Below are positions 23,797 through 35,671 of a stretch of DNA of 64,000 nucleotides, in pieces. The stretch is from positions 53,508,001 to 53,572,000 of the forward strand of contig NC_086108.1 in assembly GCF_963921235.1 (NCBI RefSeq), written 5' to 3'. Position 1 is the first letter of the stretch. Every line of letters starts with the position of its first letter. The DNA is from Mobula hypostoma. Its lineage: Eukaryota. A model generated the notes under the pieces. That model was not told where the DNA came from and did no database searches. It was given only the letters and a program-made list of their open reading frames with translations. A program made the translations under genes and the position numbers.

Positions 23797-24460
23797 ACCT
23801 CTTGTTGGCACAATTTCAGATGGTAATGAGGAAGCATACAAGAGCAAGATTGATCAGCTGATTGAGTGGTGTGGTAGCAACGATCTTGCATTCAACATGA
23901 GTAAGACCAAGGAATTGATTGTGAACTTCGGTAAGGGTAAGTCAAGGGAACAGACACCAGTCCTAATCGGGGGATCAGAAGTGGAAAGTGTAGGCAGTTT
24001 CAAGTTCGTGGATGTCAACATCTCTGAGGATCTATCCTGGGCCCAACATATTGATGCAATTACACAGAAGCCACGAAAGCAGCTATGTTTTATTAGGAGT
24101 TTCGGCAGAATTAGTATGTCACCAAAGACATTCACAAGTATTTACAGACGTACAGTGGAGAGCATTCTAACTGGTTACATCACCACCTGGTATGGAGGGA
24201 CCCCAGGACATGCCCTCTTCTCATTGCTACCATAAAAGAGCAGGTACAGGAACCTGAAGACACACACACAACATTTCAGGAAGAGCTTCTTCCCCTCCAT
24301 CATTAGATTTCTGAATGGACATTGAACCAATCAATACTTCCTCAGTATTTTTTCCTTCTCTTTTAGCACTACTTATTAATTTCTTTTTGTATATTGTAAT
24401 TTATAGTTTTTATTACTATGTATTACAATGTACTGCTGTTGCCAAACAACAAATTTCATG
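23797..24460 (+). mobile_element. Rex1/Babar-type LINE 3' fragment with internal deletion
   Basis: KTKELIVNF..SFKF..ISEDLSWAQHIDAI..RRTVESILTG (23759-24235); 3' UTR shared with 59700-59980. Confidence 0.85.
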
Positions 24461-25011
24461 AGACTAACCACTCTGTGCATTCCCTCAATACTTGTCTTCT
24501 GTCTCCCTCTTTCCTTTCCTTCTTCTACTGGTACTATTACTACTGCAATCTCTCAGCAGCTGTGGTTTTGCCAGTGAATGATCGTACACATGCAATGGAA
24601 AGGGTTCCAGGGATTAGGTATGGACTAAAAGGATTGGATTTAGACAGCAATTTTCTGCGGCAGTTTCTACGGAGTCAACCAAAGGTGTTACTGTGTTTTA
24701 TTTTACCATTGAAAGACCTTGCTGGGCATTAACAACAGGTCTACCTCATCAGCGAGTTGCTCTTTGGCACAGAAACTGACTTCATGCTGCCTGCAACAGT
24801 GAGGCGTCAATGCGCAAAAGAGGTGTGCAGTCCAACAGTGGGTGGTTGTCTTAGTTGCTTTTCTTGTGATATCAAGACCCAGTTGGAAATTAGTGGTGTG
24901 GAATGTTTAAGTCCAAACAACAGGAATTCTGCAGATGCTGGAAATTCAAGCAACATACATCAAAGTTGCTGGTGAACGCAGCAGGACAAGCAGCATCTAT
25001 AGGAAGAGGCG

Positions 25012-25053
25012 CAGTCGACGTTTCAGGCCGAGACCCTTCGTCAGGACTAACTG
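25012..25053 (-). ncRNA. Minimal hammerhead ribozyme motif (PLE)
   Basis: Reverse complement cagttagtcCTGACGAagggtctcggcctGAAAcGTCgactg. Confidence 0.8.
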
Positions 25054-25345
25054 AAGGAAGAGTGAGTAAGGGATTTGAAAGCTGGAGGGGGAGGGGGAGA
25101 TCCAAAATGATAGGAGAAGACAGGAGGGGGAGGGATGGAGCCGGGAGCTGGACAGGTGATAGGCAAAAGGGGATACGAGAGGATCATGGGACAGGAGGTC
25201 CAGGAAGAAAGACAAGGGGGCAGGGGTGACCCAGAGGATGGGCAAGAGGTATATTCAGAGGGACAGAGGGAGAAAAAGGAGAGTGAGAGAAAGAATGTGT
25301 GCATAAAAATGAGTAACAGATGGGGTACGAGGGGGAGGTGGGGCC

Positions 25346-27814
25346 TTAGCGGAAGTTAGAGAAGTCAATGTTCATGCCATCAGGTTGGAGGCTACCCAGA
25401 TGGAATATAAGGTGTTGTTCCTCCAACCTGAGTGTGGCTTCATCTTTACAGTAGAGGAGGCCGTGGATAGACATGTCAGAATGGGAATGGGATGTGGAAT
25501 TAAAATGTGTGGCCACTGGGAGATCCTGCTTTCTCTGGCGGACAGAGCGTAGATGTTCAGCAAAGCTGTCTCCCAGTCTGCGTCGGGTCTCACCAATATA
25601 TAAAAGGCCACATCGGGAGCACCGGACGCAGTATATCACCCCAGTCGACTCACAGGTGAAGTGATGCCTCACCTGGAAGGACTGTTTGGGGCCCTGAATG
25701 GTGGTAAGGGAGGAAGTGTAAGGGCATGTGTAGCACTTGTTCCACTTACACGGATAAGTGCCAGGAGGGAGATCAGTGGGGAGGGATGGGGGGGACGAAT
25801 GGACAAGGGAGTTGTGTAGGGAGCGATCCCTGCAGAATGCAGAGAGAGGGGGGGAGGGAAAGATGTGTTTAGTGGTGGGATCCCGTTGGAGGTGGCGGAA
25901 GTTACGGAGAATAATATGTTGGACCCAGAGGCTGGTGGGATGGTAGGTGAGGACCAGGGGAACCCTATTCCTAGTGGGGTGGTGGGACGATGGAGTGAGA
26001 GCAGATGTATGTGAAATGGGGGAGATGCGTTTAAGAGCAGAGTTGGTAGTGGAGGAAGGGAAGCCCCTTTCTTTAAAAAATGAAGACATCTCCCTCGTCC
26101 TAGAATGAAAAGCCTCATCCTGAGAGCAGATGCGGCGGAGACGGAGGAATTGCAAGAAGGGGATGGCGTTTTTGCAAGAGACAGGGTGAGAAGAGGAATA
26201 GTCCAGATAGCTGTGAGAGTCAGTAGGCTTATAGTAGACATCAGTGGATAAGCTGTCTCCAGAGACAGAGACAGAAAGATCTAGAAAGGGGAGGGAGGTG
26301 TCGGAAATGGACCAGGTAAACTTGAGGGCAGGGTGAAAGTTGGAGGCAAAGTTAATAAAGTCAACGAGCTCTGCATGCGTGCAGGAAGCAGCGCCAATGC
26401 AGTCGTCGATGTAGTGAAGGAAAAGTGGGGGACAGATACCAGAATAGGCACGGAACATAGATTGTTCCACAAACCCAACAAAAAGGCAGGCATAGCTAGG
26501 ACCCATACGGGTGCCCATAGCTACACCTTTAGTTTGGAGGAAATGGGAGGAGCAAAAGGAGAAATTATTAAGAGTAAGGACTAATTCCGCTAGACGGAGC
26601 AGAGTGGTGGTAGAGGGGAACTGATTAGGTCTGGAATCCAAAAAGAAGCGTAGAGCTTTGAGACCTTCCTGATGGGGGATGGAAGTATATAAGTACTGGA
26701 CATCCATGGTGAAAATAAAGCGGTGGGGGCCAGGGAACTTAAAATCATCGAAAAGTTTAAGAGCGTGAGAAGTGTCACGAACATAGGTCGGAAGGGATTG
26801 AACAAGGGGGGATAAAACAGTGTCGAGGTATGCAGAAACGAGTTCGGTGGGGCAGGAGCAAGCTGAGACAATAGGTCAGCCAGGACAGGCAGGTTTGTGG
26901 ATCTTGGGTAGGAGGTAGAAACGGGAAGTGCGGGGTGTGGGAACTATAAGGTTGGTAGCAGTGGATGGGAGATCCCCTGAGCGGATAAAGTCGGTGATGG
27001 TGTGGGAGACAATGGCCTGGTGCTCCTTAGTGGGGTCACGATCGAGGGGTAAATAAGAGGAGGTATCCGCGAGTTGTCGCTGTGCCTCGGCAAGGTAGAG
27101 GTCAGTACGCCAGACTACAACAGCACCCCCTTTATCAGCGGGTTTAATAATAATGTTAGGATTAGTGCGGAGGGAGTGGAGAGCAGAGCGTTCCGAAGGA
27201 GTGAGGTTGGAATGGGGACAAGGTGCGGTGAAGTCGAGACGGTTGATGTCCCATCGGCAGTTGGCAATAAAGAGATCCAGAGCAGGCAGAAGACCAGAGC
27301 GGGGTGTCCATGAAGAAGAGGAGGGTTGAAGACGGGAGAAGGGGTCATCGGTGGGGGTGGAAGAGTCCTTGCCGAAGAAGTAGGCTCGGAGACGGAGACG
27401 GCGGAAGAAAAGTTCCGCATCATGGCGAACACGGAACTCGCTGAGGTGTGGGCGAAGGGGGACAAACGTGAGGCCCTTACTGAGGACAGAGCGTTCTGCC
27501 TCCGACAGTTGAAGGTCGGAGGGGATGGTAAAGACCCGGCACGGATGACAGCTGGGATCAGAGGGGGGAGGGGGGAGGCTGGGGGTGTCAGTGGAGAGGG
27601 GAGGGTTGGGGTGAGAGGAAGATGGAGCCTCTGAGGGCCCAGGAGCTGACGGTGGGATCTGAAGGAGATGGGATTGCAGAGTGTTGGTGGGGGAAGGGGA
27701 GATGGGAGTCACAACAGCAGCACATAAAGACCCGGCCTGGAGTTCAAGGCTGGAGTTGCAGTTGGTGGTTGCGCAATCGCCGTGAAGGTGTCCATGGTCG
27801 TTGCTGGAGTCCGG
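25346..27814 (-). pseudogene. PLE RT-GIY-YIG polyprotein, 5'-truncated, single in-frame TGA
   Basis: ORFs 26876-27712 (IKPADKGGAVVV, FYLLPKIHK) and 25346-26707 (MDV..LYT, YIDD, GIY-YIG) share one frame; TGA at 26878-26876 where the copy at 40565-42721 has AGA. Confidence 0.9.
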
Positions 27815-28793
27815 GTTAAACGCATCTCCCCCATTTCACGTACATCTGCTCTCACTCCATCCTCCCACCACCCCACTAGGAATAGGGTTCCCCTGGTCCT
27901 CACCTACCACCCCACCAGCCTCCGGGTCCAACATATTATTCTCCGTAACTTCCGCCACCTCCAACGGGATCCCACCACTAAGCACATCTTTCCCTCCCCC
28001 CGCCTCTCTGCATTCTGCAGGGATCGCTCCCTACACAACTCCCTTGTCCATTCGTCCCCCCCATCCCTTCCCACTGATCTCCCTCCTGGCACTTATCCGT
28101 GTAAGCGGAACAAGTGCTACACATGCCCTTACACTTCCTCCCTTACCACCATTCAGGGCCCCAAACAGTCCTTCCAGGTGAGGCATCACTTCACCTGTGA
28201 GTCGACTGGGGTGATATACTGCGTCCGGTGCTCCCGATGTGGCCTTTTATATATTGGTGAGACCCGACGCAGACTGGGAGACCGCTTTGCTGAACATCTA
28301 CGCTCTGTCCGCCAGAGAAAGCAGGATCTCCCAGTGGCCACACATTTTAATTCCACATCCCATTCCCATTCTGACATGTCTATCCACGGCCTCCTCTACT
28401 GTAAAGATGAAGCTACACTCAGGTTGGAGGAACAACACCTTATATTCCGTCTGGGTAGCCTCCAACCTGATGGCATGAACATTGACTTCTCTAACTTCCG
28501 CTAAGGCCCCACCTCCCCCTCGTACCCCATCTGTTACTCATTTTTATGCACACATTCTTTCTCTCACTCTCCTTTTTCTCCCTCTGTCCCTCTGAATATA
28601 CCTCTTGCCCATCCTCTGGGTCACCCCCCCACTGTCTTTCTTCCTGGACCTCCTGTCCCATGATCCTCTCATATCCCCTTTTGCCTATCACCTGTCCAGC
28701 TCTCGGCTCTATCCCTCCCCCTCCTGTCTTCTCCTATCATTTTGGATCTCCCCCTCCCCCTCCAGCTTTCAAATCCCTTACTCACTCTTCCTT

Positions 28794-28835
28794 CAGTTAG
28801 TCCTGACGAAGGGTCTCGGCCTGAAACGTCGACTG
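28794..28835 (+). ncRNA. Minimal hammerhead ribozyme motif (PLE)
   Basis: cagttagtcCTGACGAagggtctcggcctGAAAcGTCgactg. Confidence 0.8.
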
Positions 28836-29109
28836 CACCTCTTCCTACAGATGCTGCTTGACCTGCTGCGTTCACCAGCAACTTTGATGTATGTTGTTTA
28901 AGTCCAGTTCATTGGCTTATTGGTGAATGGCGGGAGTGCAGGGCAGGGGAGCTGTGTGACCCCAGTTGCAGAGGGGACCAGGCCTAAAGCCATGATGTTG
29001 CTGATTTGCAGCCACCCAGGCAGAGGTGTTGTAGTCAGGCCCTCTACCAGATTGCTAGAGGTGGTGGGGCGCAGCATTCATGCACTCAGGGCCTTGGATG
29101 ATATTTTTG

Positions 29110-29272
29110 TGTGACTGTATTTTACTGCTATATGATATGTGCTGTATGTGCTTTGTGCTGTGTATGACTGTTGGTACTGTGTTTTGCACCTTGGCCCCAG
29201 AGCAACATTGTCTCGTTTGGCTGTATTCACGGCGGTATTCATGTATGCTTGAATGACAACTAAATAATTTCA
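29110..29272 (+). repeat. LINE 3'-UTR-like dispersed repeat
   Basis: Second copy of the repeat at 4633-4765. Confidence 0.65.
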
Positions 29273-30144
29273 TTAGCAGCAGCAGTTGGTGATGCGCTGC
29301 TGGGAGGTCACTGTTGGAGTGGCAATGGTGGAAATATTAATGCATTAATGTCATCATTATGGAGAAAGGACAATAGATTCATACTCTATGATGTCATTGT
29401 CATTCCCACTGGATTTTATATTAGCAATTCTTGAGAGTTGTTGCAGCACAGATTGTTGGACTGCTCTGATAACTTCAAAAGGTACTGGAAGCTGGATCAT
29501 TGATGACAGTAATCTGAGTTTATGTTGCAGGAAATGCTGCTTGCATAGCAGAAATTAGAATTCCCACTGCAGTTTTTTTTTAGCAGTATCTGCTTATGTT
29601 GTAATGAATGCTGCAACTTTAGCCATTCAAATGCTGCACTGTGTGTATGTAAATGCTGACTTCACAACTGACTTTCACTTCCATAATGCAAAGGATGGGG
29701 GTCTGGCACCACTTAAGTTTGAAGCAGGACTCTGCATTGCTTCTAGAAGATTCTTCAGGATTTCCAATACTAACCATAATCTCATTTTACATGATTGTCA
29801 TCCTTTGTCAATAGGCTTTACTATTGTGGTGATCATTTGCCTCCGATCATGCTTCTTGATACCTATCATATGAACTGCCCTTTCTCCAGTGCCTGGTTGT
29901 AGTCCACTTGTGCTTGATAAATTGAGTAGACTACCTCTGAACTGCTCAATACCGGAATCTGAACTGGGGAATGTGAATATCTAACGGTGTGAAATGATGG
30001 TTTCTTCTCATTCTTGTGGCTTCTTGGCTGAGATTTATGAATTTTATATTTGCTGAGTTACTTAACTGAAAGGGACGCAGTATATGATTGTTGTGATAGG
30101 ACGGAGCAGTTAAGAGAGGCATGTTTAAACTACTTGCACATTAA

Positions 30145-31302
30145 GCAGCACACATGAGGCTACTTAAAAAGATAAGAGCCCATGGAATTACGGGAAAGTT
30201 ACATACGTGGATACAGCGTTGGCTGATTGGCAGGAAACTGAGAGTGGGAATAAAGTGAACCTATTCTGGTTGGCTGCCGGTTACCAGTGGTTTTCCACAG
30301 GGGTCCGTGTTGGGGCCGCTTCTTTTTACATTGTACATCAATGATTTGGATTATGGAATAGATGGCTTTGTGGCTAAGTTTGCTGATGATACGAAGATAG
30401 GTGGAGGGGCCAGTAGGTCTGAGAGTCTGCAGAGAGACTTGGATAGATTGGAAGAATGGGCAAAGAAGTGGCAAATGAAATACAATGTTGGAAAGTGTAT
30501 GGTTATGCACTTTGACAGAAGAAATAAATGGGCAGACTATTATTTAAATAGGGAAAGAATTCAAAGTTCTGAGATGCAACGGGACTTGGGAGTCCTCGTA
30601 CAGGATTCCCTTAAGGTTAACCTCCAGGTTGAGTCGGTGGTGAAGAAGGCGAATCCAATGTTGGCATTCATTTCTAGAGGAATAGAGTATAGGAGCAGGG
30701 ATGTGATGTTGAGGCTGTATAAGGCGCTGGTGAGACCTCACTTGGAGTACTGTGGGCAGTTTTGGTATCCTTATTTAAGAAAGGATGTGCTGACGTTGGA
30801 GAGGGTACAGAGAAGATTCAATAGAATGATTCCGGGAATGAGAGGGTTAACATATGAGGGACGTTTGTCCGCTCTTGGACTGTATGCCTTGGAGTTTAGA
30901 AGAATGAGGGGAGCCCTCAGAAACATTTCCAATGTTGAAAGGCATGGACAGAGTGGATGTGGCAAAGTTGTTTCCCATGATGGGGGAGTCTAGTACGAGA
31001 GGGCATGCCTTAAGGATTGAAGGGCCCCCATTCAGAACAGAAATGCGAAGAAAATTTTTTAACCAGAGGGTGGTGAATCTATGGAATTTGTTGCCACGAA
31101 CAGCAGTGGAGGCCAAGTCACTGGGTGTATTTAAGGCAGAGATTGATAGGTATCTGAGTAGTCAGGACATCAAAGGTTATGGTGAGAAGGCGGGGGAGTG
31201 GGACTAAATGGGAGAATGGATCAGCTCATGATAAAATGGTGGAGCAGACTCGATGGGCCGAATGGCCAACTTCTGCTGATTTGTCTTATGGTCTATGGTC
31301 TA
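30145..31302 (+). mobile_element. CR1 LINE 3' fragment
   Basis: LGPLLFTLYINDLD..KFADDTKIG..VRPHLEYC (30307-30993); 3' UTR and (atggtct)n tail. Confidence 0.93.
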
Positions 31303-32059
31303 ACAGTTTGTGAATGGGAAGCCACTGAGGTTTGAGGTGAAGGACCAGAGATGAGCATCTTCCGTGATCTCTGATGCTGGACCACACCAATAACCACAAA
31401 AATGTGCTTGTCCAAAGTGTGCAGCATTGTGTCCTCTCTCATGCCTGAGTTACCATTTCTCAAATCCCAAGCTGCACTCACTTCCTACAATGCCTACAGT
31501 CAGTGAGAACTCCTGTACACGAGATGCTGGTATGATGTGAATTAACAGTTTAGTTTCATCTGAGATATCATTTTCCTGAAATCACTAACAATTGTAATTG
31601 ATACCCCTTATGTGCTTAAACCCTGATATGAGATCTGTGTATGAATACGTCGTGCAAGGGGCTCCAGGACCAGCTGGATCAGTTGCTGCACACAGTCATT
31701 TCAACACATGAATACGTTTCTAACAGCGTGATCCACAATCTTTATTTTTATGATTAAATTCTAAAAAAGTATTCCAGTTTTGACCTAATTTTAAAAATCA
31801 GACTGATATATTGAAAGTGTGATTCCAATGAGTACACAGAAAAGAAGGCACAGCTGAGTCATGACTGTTTCATTTCAAGATTCAGTCAATGCTCTGTCAA
31901 ATTTAGTCATTTACTAACAAATAGTGTTTCTATTGTTTTAAATTAAATTTCAATTTCATTATTGGTTATGCAAAAGAAAACAAATTCATTTTTGACTATA
32001 GTAAGAATTGTTTCTTTTTGAAATCTAAAATAGCTTACTACTTATGAACTACAGTATTG

Positions 32060-32353
32060 TGAGGTTTACACTTTGTGCTGAACTGAGGCTGTGGCCTACA
32101 ACTATCAGGCTCCTGGATCGGCTACAATGAAGACTGGCTTCGTCGCTATGAACTCACTTTTGTGAACTTCAGTTCTGAATGTTACATGCTTTCTTTTATT
32201 GTTTACACAATTAGTTTTCTTTCTGCACATTAGGTGTTTGAATGTCTTTTCTTTAAAATGGGTTCTTGGTTTTGAGGCTGCCTGTAAGGAGACAAATCTC
32301 AAGGTTGTATATAGTATACATACTTTGATAATAAATATACTTTGAACCTTGAA
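32060..32353 (+). repeat. Non-coding retro-repeat 3' end related to 38391-38500
   Basis: acaaatctcaaggttgtatatagtatacatactttgataataaat..ctttgaaccttgaa resembles the reverse complement of 38391-38470. Confidence 0.6.
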
Positions 32354-33817
32354 TACTCCAAGCAAAAGCACGCCAATGCTCCTGCTCTTTTTCTGACCAA
32401 CAGCAAAGCCTTCTTTTTATTGTTATGCTGGCCATATATCACTGAGAACCCATCTGAAATTTGGATTCCTTAGGGAAGTATCAGATGAAGGCATGCAAGT
32501 GAGTGCGGTGCAGTGACAGGAACGCAGATCCATGAACAAAAATTGGGGATTCCTTCATCTGTTGCCATCTGCTACATCCTGGATAACTGATCTTGTAAGC
32601 ATTCCCAACTACCCAACCAAGAACAATTACTATTAAAGAAGGAAGAGGCCAAGCTTCACAGAAAGTGGGAGAAGCTGCTGCAAGTGCTAGACACGAAGAT
32701 GCCAAGGCAAAAAGGCAGCAGCTGATAGACCAGTAGATAAAAGTTTTCAGTAAGAAATGCTATCAAAACAACATTTATGCATTAACTCTGTGGTACAGTC
32801 CTTAAGTGCTAGCCCCTGTAGCTTCTCAGATTCTGAATGCAATTTGCATTGTACAGATTCTCTGGTATAAATACTTTAACAAACTTCCATTTAGTGCAAT
32901 TTTATTTATTGCATTCATAGATTATCAGAATATTTTCAACCTACTGTGACCTTAGGGAAGTTTTTTTGTCTTTTCCTACAGCTGATTGCTTTTATGAAGA
33001 GAACCACTAGATTCAACAAGTTTGTTGGAAATCTGCTGATGCTTAGGAGATATTTGTGGCTACCTTTTGCAACTCAGGAGTTTGAAGGGGTTTAGAGCAT
33101 GCAATGTTTTGGCTGACACTGGGAGAACCTAATGCAGTTGCTTTGTGTTCACTGAGACAATCACTGTGTGGTAACCTCACAACTGAATCAGTCAGAATTC
33201 CATCTCGCTATTCTTGTTCTTTGATTGAACCTTTAAAACCATGTGCACATGTTACAACAATCTCTGTGAGAAAAACATATGACTATTGAAGGGGAACGGG
33301 TGTTTCAACTTGCTTTATGGCTGCCATTTGAGATTCCGCTAAATTTGAGAAGAAATTTGATCTTACCCTTGTGAGGCCCAGCTGTAGCGTCCAAGGAAAA
33401 GGCTACATTCAGTCCAGGAGTGAGCTTCATTGTTTTTAAGCATAGTGCGTGAACTTCCAATACCTGTGGACCAGCAATTTTCTTCTCAGTGCTGCAGTTT
33501 GAAAGTAGGCACTTTTGCAGTGATTTTGCTGCTTACTAGCAGACTCCTGGGCAATACATTTATCCTCTGTGTGCCCTTGTACTCCGTACATCATCAGGTA
33601 CAGACGCCTCTATTTCATTCTCTTAACCTTTCAGTGCATCCTCTGGTACATTAGAGTAATGCATTATCTGGTCTTTGAAGGGTTCTCCTCATACAGAATG
33701 CCTTCTTCACTCTCTTGTTAGAATCTCGAGAGCTAGCCTGCAAAAATCTATTGCAATCAGTAAACCTCATTACAACTTTTATAAAAGAGAGGACACACTG
33801 CTGAGAAGGGCCTAGAG

Positions 33818-34448
33818 CAGGGTTTCTCAAACGGGGTTCTGTGAGCAGTTGCTAGGGGTAGCATGAGAGATCCTGATTTAAAATGAAATATTGCTTTTTG
33901 AACTTAGTGCAATGCATGATGTTAGCACTCGCAGTGGTGGGCAGTAACCGAGCAGCCCCATTAGCAATCTCGTTACAGGTCACTCCATCCAGTCTGGCAA
34001 TGCACAGTTGGACCCTGTTTACTTGGTTGAGTCCATTCTCAGTTTTTAACGCAAGACAGGGCAGACTATTGATAATTGGTGAGCGCTGTATTGCACAGAG
34101 AGGAGGATGGGAGGCTGATAATTGGTGAGCGCTGTATTGCACAGAGGCTCGCTGACTTATGGGAGCGAACAAACTCTACTGGTGTAGTAGAAAATTGGAG
34201 GGAAATTTTCATCCTAAAGATGGTCCAGTATGGTGGTATTTGAAGAGGAGATGTGAGATGGAAGAGGAGGATTCTAGGCCTAGACCTACGGACAATTCTG
34301 ATAAAGTCAATGATGAAGAATTACACTTTTCTGAGTCATTTCACTGCACTTGTGTAACAAAGGACACAAAAAAGTCCGCCTTTACAACTAAAAGCTCTTT
34401 ATCAATGGGTTTTACATGGACTGATGATCCAAGTTGTCTTCTTCCATC
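33818..34448 (+). mobile_element. hAT (Charlie-like) DNA transposon, left part
   Basis: TIR cagggtttctcaaac after gcctagag (33810-33817); transposase N-terminal remnant LSMGFTWTDDPSCLLP. Confidence 0.8.
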
Positions 34449-34915
34449 GATGGCATGAACATCGATTTCTCCAGCTTCTGGTAATTTTCCCCCCTCACCC
34501 TTCCCTCTTCTTCTATTCCCACTCTGGCCTCTCATCCCCTCTCCTCACCTACCCATCATTCCCCCGCCCCATGCCTCCTCTTTTCCTTTCTCCCCTGATG
34601 CACTCTCCTCTCCTATCAGATTTCTTCTTCACTGGCCCGTTACCTTTTCTACCCATCAGCTCCCAGCTTCTTGCTTCCTTCCCACTCCCCCAGCCTTCTG
34701 GCGTCTTCTATCACTTTAGCTTGTGCTCCTTCCCCTCTTCATTCGCCCTCTTATTCTAACATTTTCTTTTCCTTTTCCAGTCCTGAGGAACGGGTTTCAG
34801 TCTGAAACATCAACTAATTATTCATTTTGATAAATGCTACCTGACCTGCTAAGTTCTTCGAGCATGTTGTATGTGTAGCTCTAGATTTCCAGCATTTGTG
34901 GAATCTCCTGTGTTT
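34449..34915 (+). mobile_element. Older PLE 3' end (displaced by inversion)
   Basis: gatggcatgaacatcgatttctcc (DGMNIDFS), pyrimidine-rich UTR, degenerate hammerhead, tgctacctgacctgct. Confidence 0.85.
34778..34816 (+). ncRNA. Degenerate hammerhead motif of older PLE
   Basis: cagtcCTGAGGAacgggtttcagtctGAAAcatcaact; stems mutated. Confidence 0.5.
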
Positions 34916-35127
34916 AGAGAATAATGACCATGTGAGGAACAAGACAAAGATATGTAGGTAGTAGCTTCATTGAATGGGATCTATGATAATTATTTGGTCT
35001 TCTGCATTAATTGCTGGAGATTAACCCAGCCAACTTGATCTCCTCATAAATATTGTGATACAAGTCTTCTGCAACTGCACAAACCTCACTGCTATCTGAA
35101 CTCATTAGGGTTCTCTATCCTCTAGGC

Positions 35128-35671
35128 CAGCCTTTCTGAACCTTTCTACCCTGGAGGAACCCTTGAAATAATTTTCAGGTGTTGGGGAACCCCTGCATAA
35201 AAATCATATCTACAGCACATGATACATTAATGTGTTCTGTAAGCTTTAGATATAATAATCTAAAATTATTTTTCAATGTTCTTTTGAGTAGAGAATGAAT
35301 TTTCAGCCAACTTTTCTTGAAAAAAAAACATAGTTAAGCTTAGCTTACCTTTATTGAAATTAATCTCTCACTTTTCCTTTCATAAATTTTAAAAATTCAT
35401 AAGGCAAACATAATAAATTTCTCAGTTCTGGGTTGAATCTGAGATAAGCGCACACAGATTTCATCTTCAGCTGAAATGAGATTTATCTTCGCTCTTGATG
35501 CTTGTTAAACAAGAAAAAGCTTGCCCACACATGTAAGAAGTTGAAAACCACAGCAATATGTTCATTGCTTTCCTATGAATGGCAGGATACTCTTCTTTCA
35601 GAAATCCAGAACTTGTCTAGGGGCAGGTCAGTAAATTTCATCTTGAGTGCACAAACAAACTGCAGCTCACA
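35128..35671 (-). mobile_element. hAT (Charlie-like) transposon, right part (inverted)
   Basis: Minus strand encodes a dimerization-domain remnant LDKFWIS..EEYPAIHRKAMNILL.FSTSYMC.QAFS; TIR cagcctttctgaacc at 35128 flanked by ctctaggc. Confidence 0.8.

Larger units (their letters stand above)
24916..28894. mobile_element. Composite PLE insertion: long minus-strand copy (24916-27814) joined to an inverted plus-strand copy (27815-28894)
   Basis: TSD tgtttaagtcca at 24904-24915 and 28895-28906; both arms encode the same GIY-YIG and 3' UTR. Confidence 0.93.

Noticed and set aside
26876..26878. Programmed readthrough or selenocysteine TGA in the PLE ORF
   Set aside because: The paralogous copy near 42490 has AGA at this codon, so this is a point mutation
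27782..28504. Stand-alone 240-aa GIY-YIG nuclease gene
   Set aside because: It is a chance fusion across the inverted-repeat junction with a GTG start, and the rest is the PLE C-terminus
32960..33100. Splice acceptor ttttcctacag at about 32981 as a coding exon
   Set aside because: No recognisable protein and no convincing matching donor; cannot be supported without RNA data
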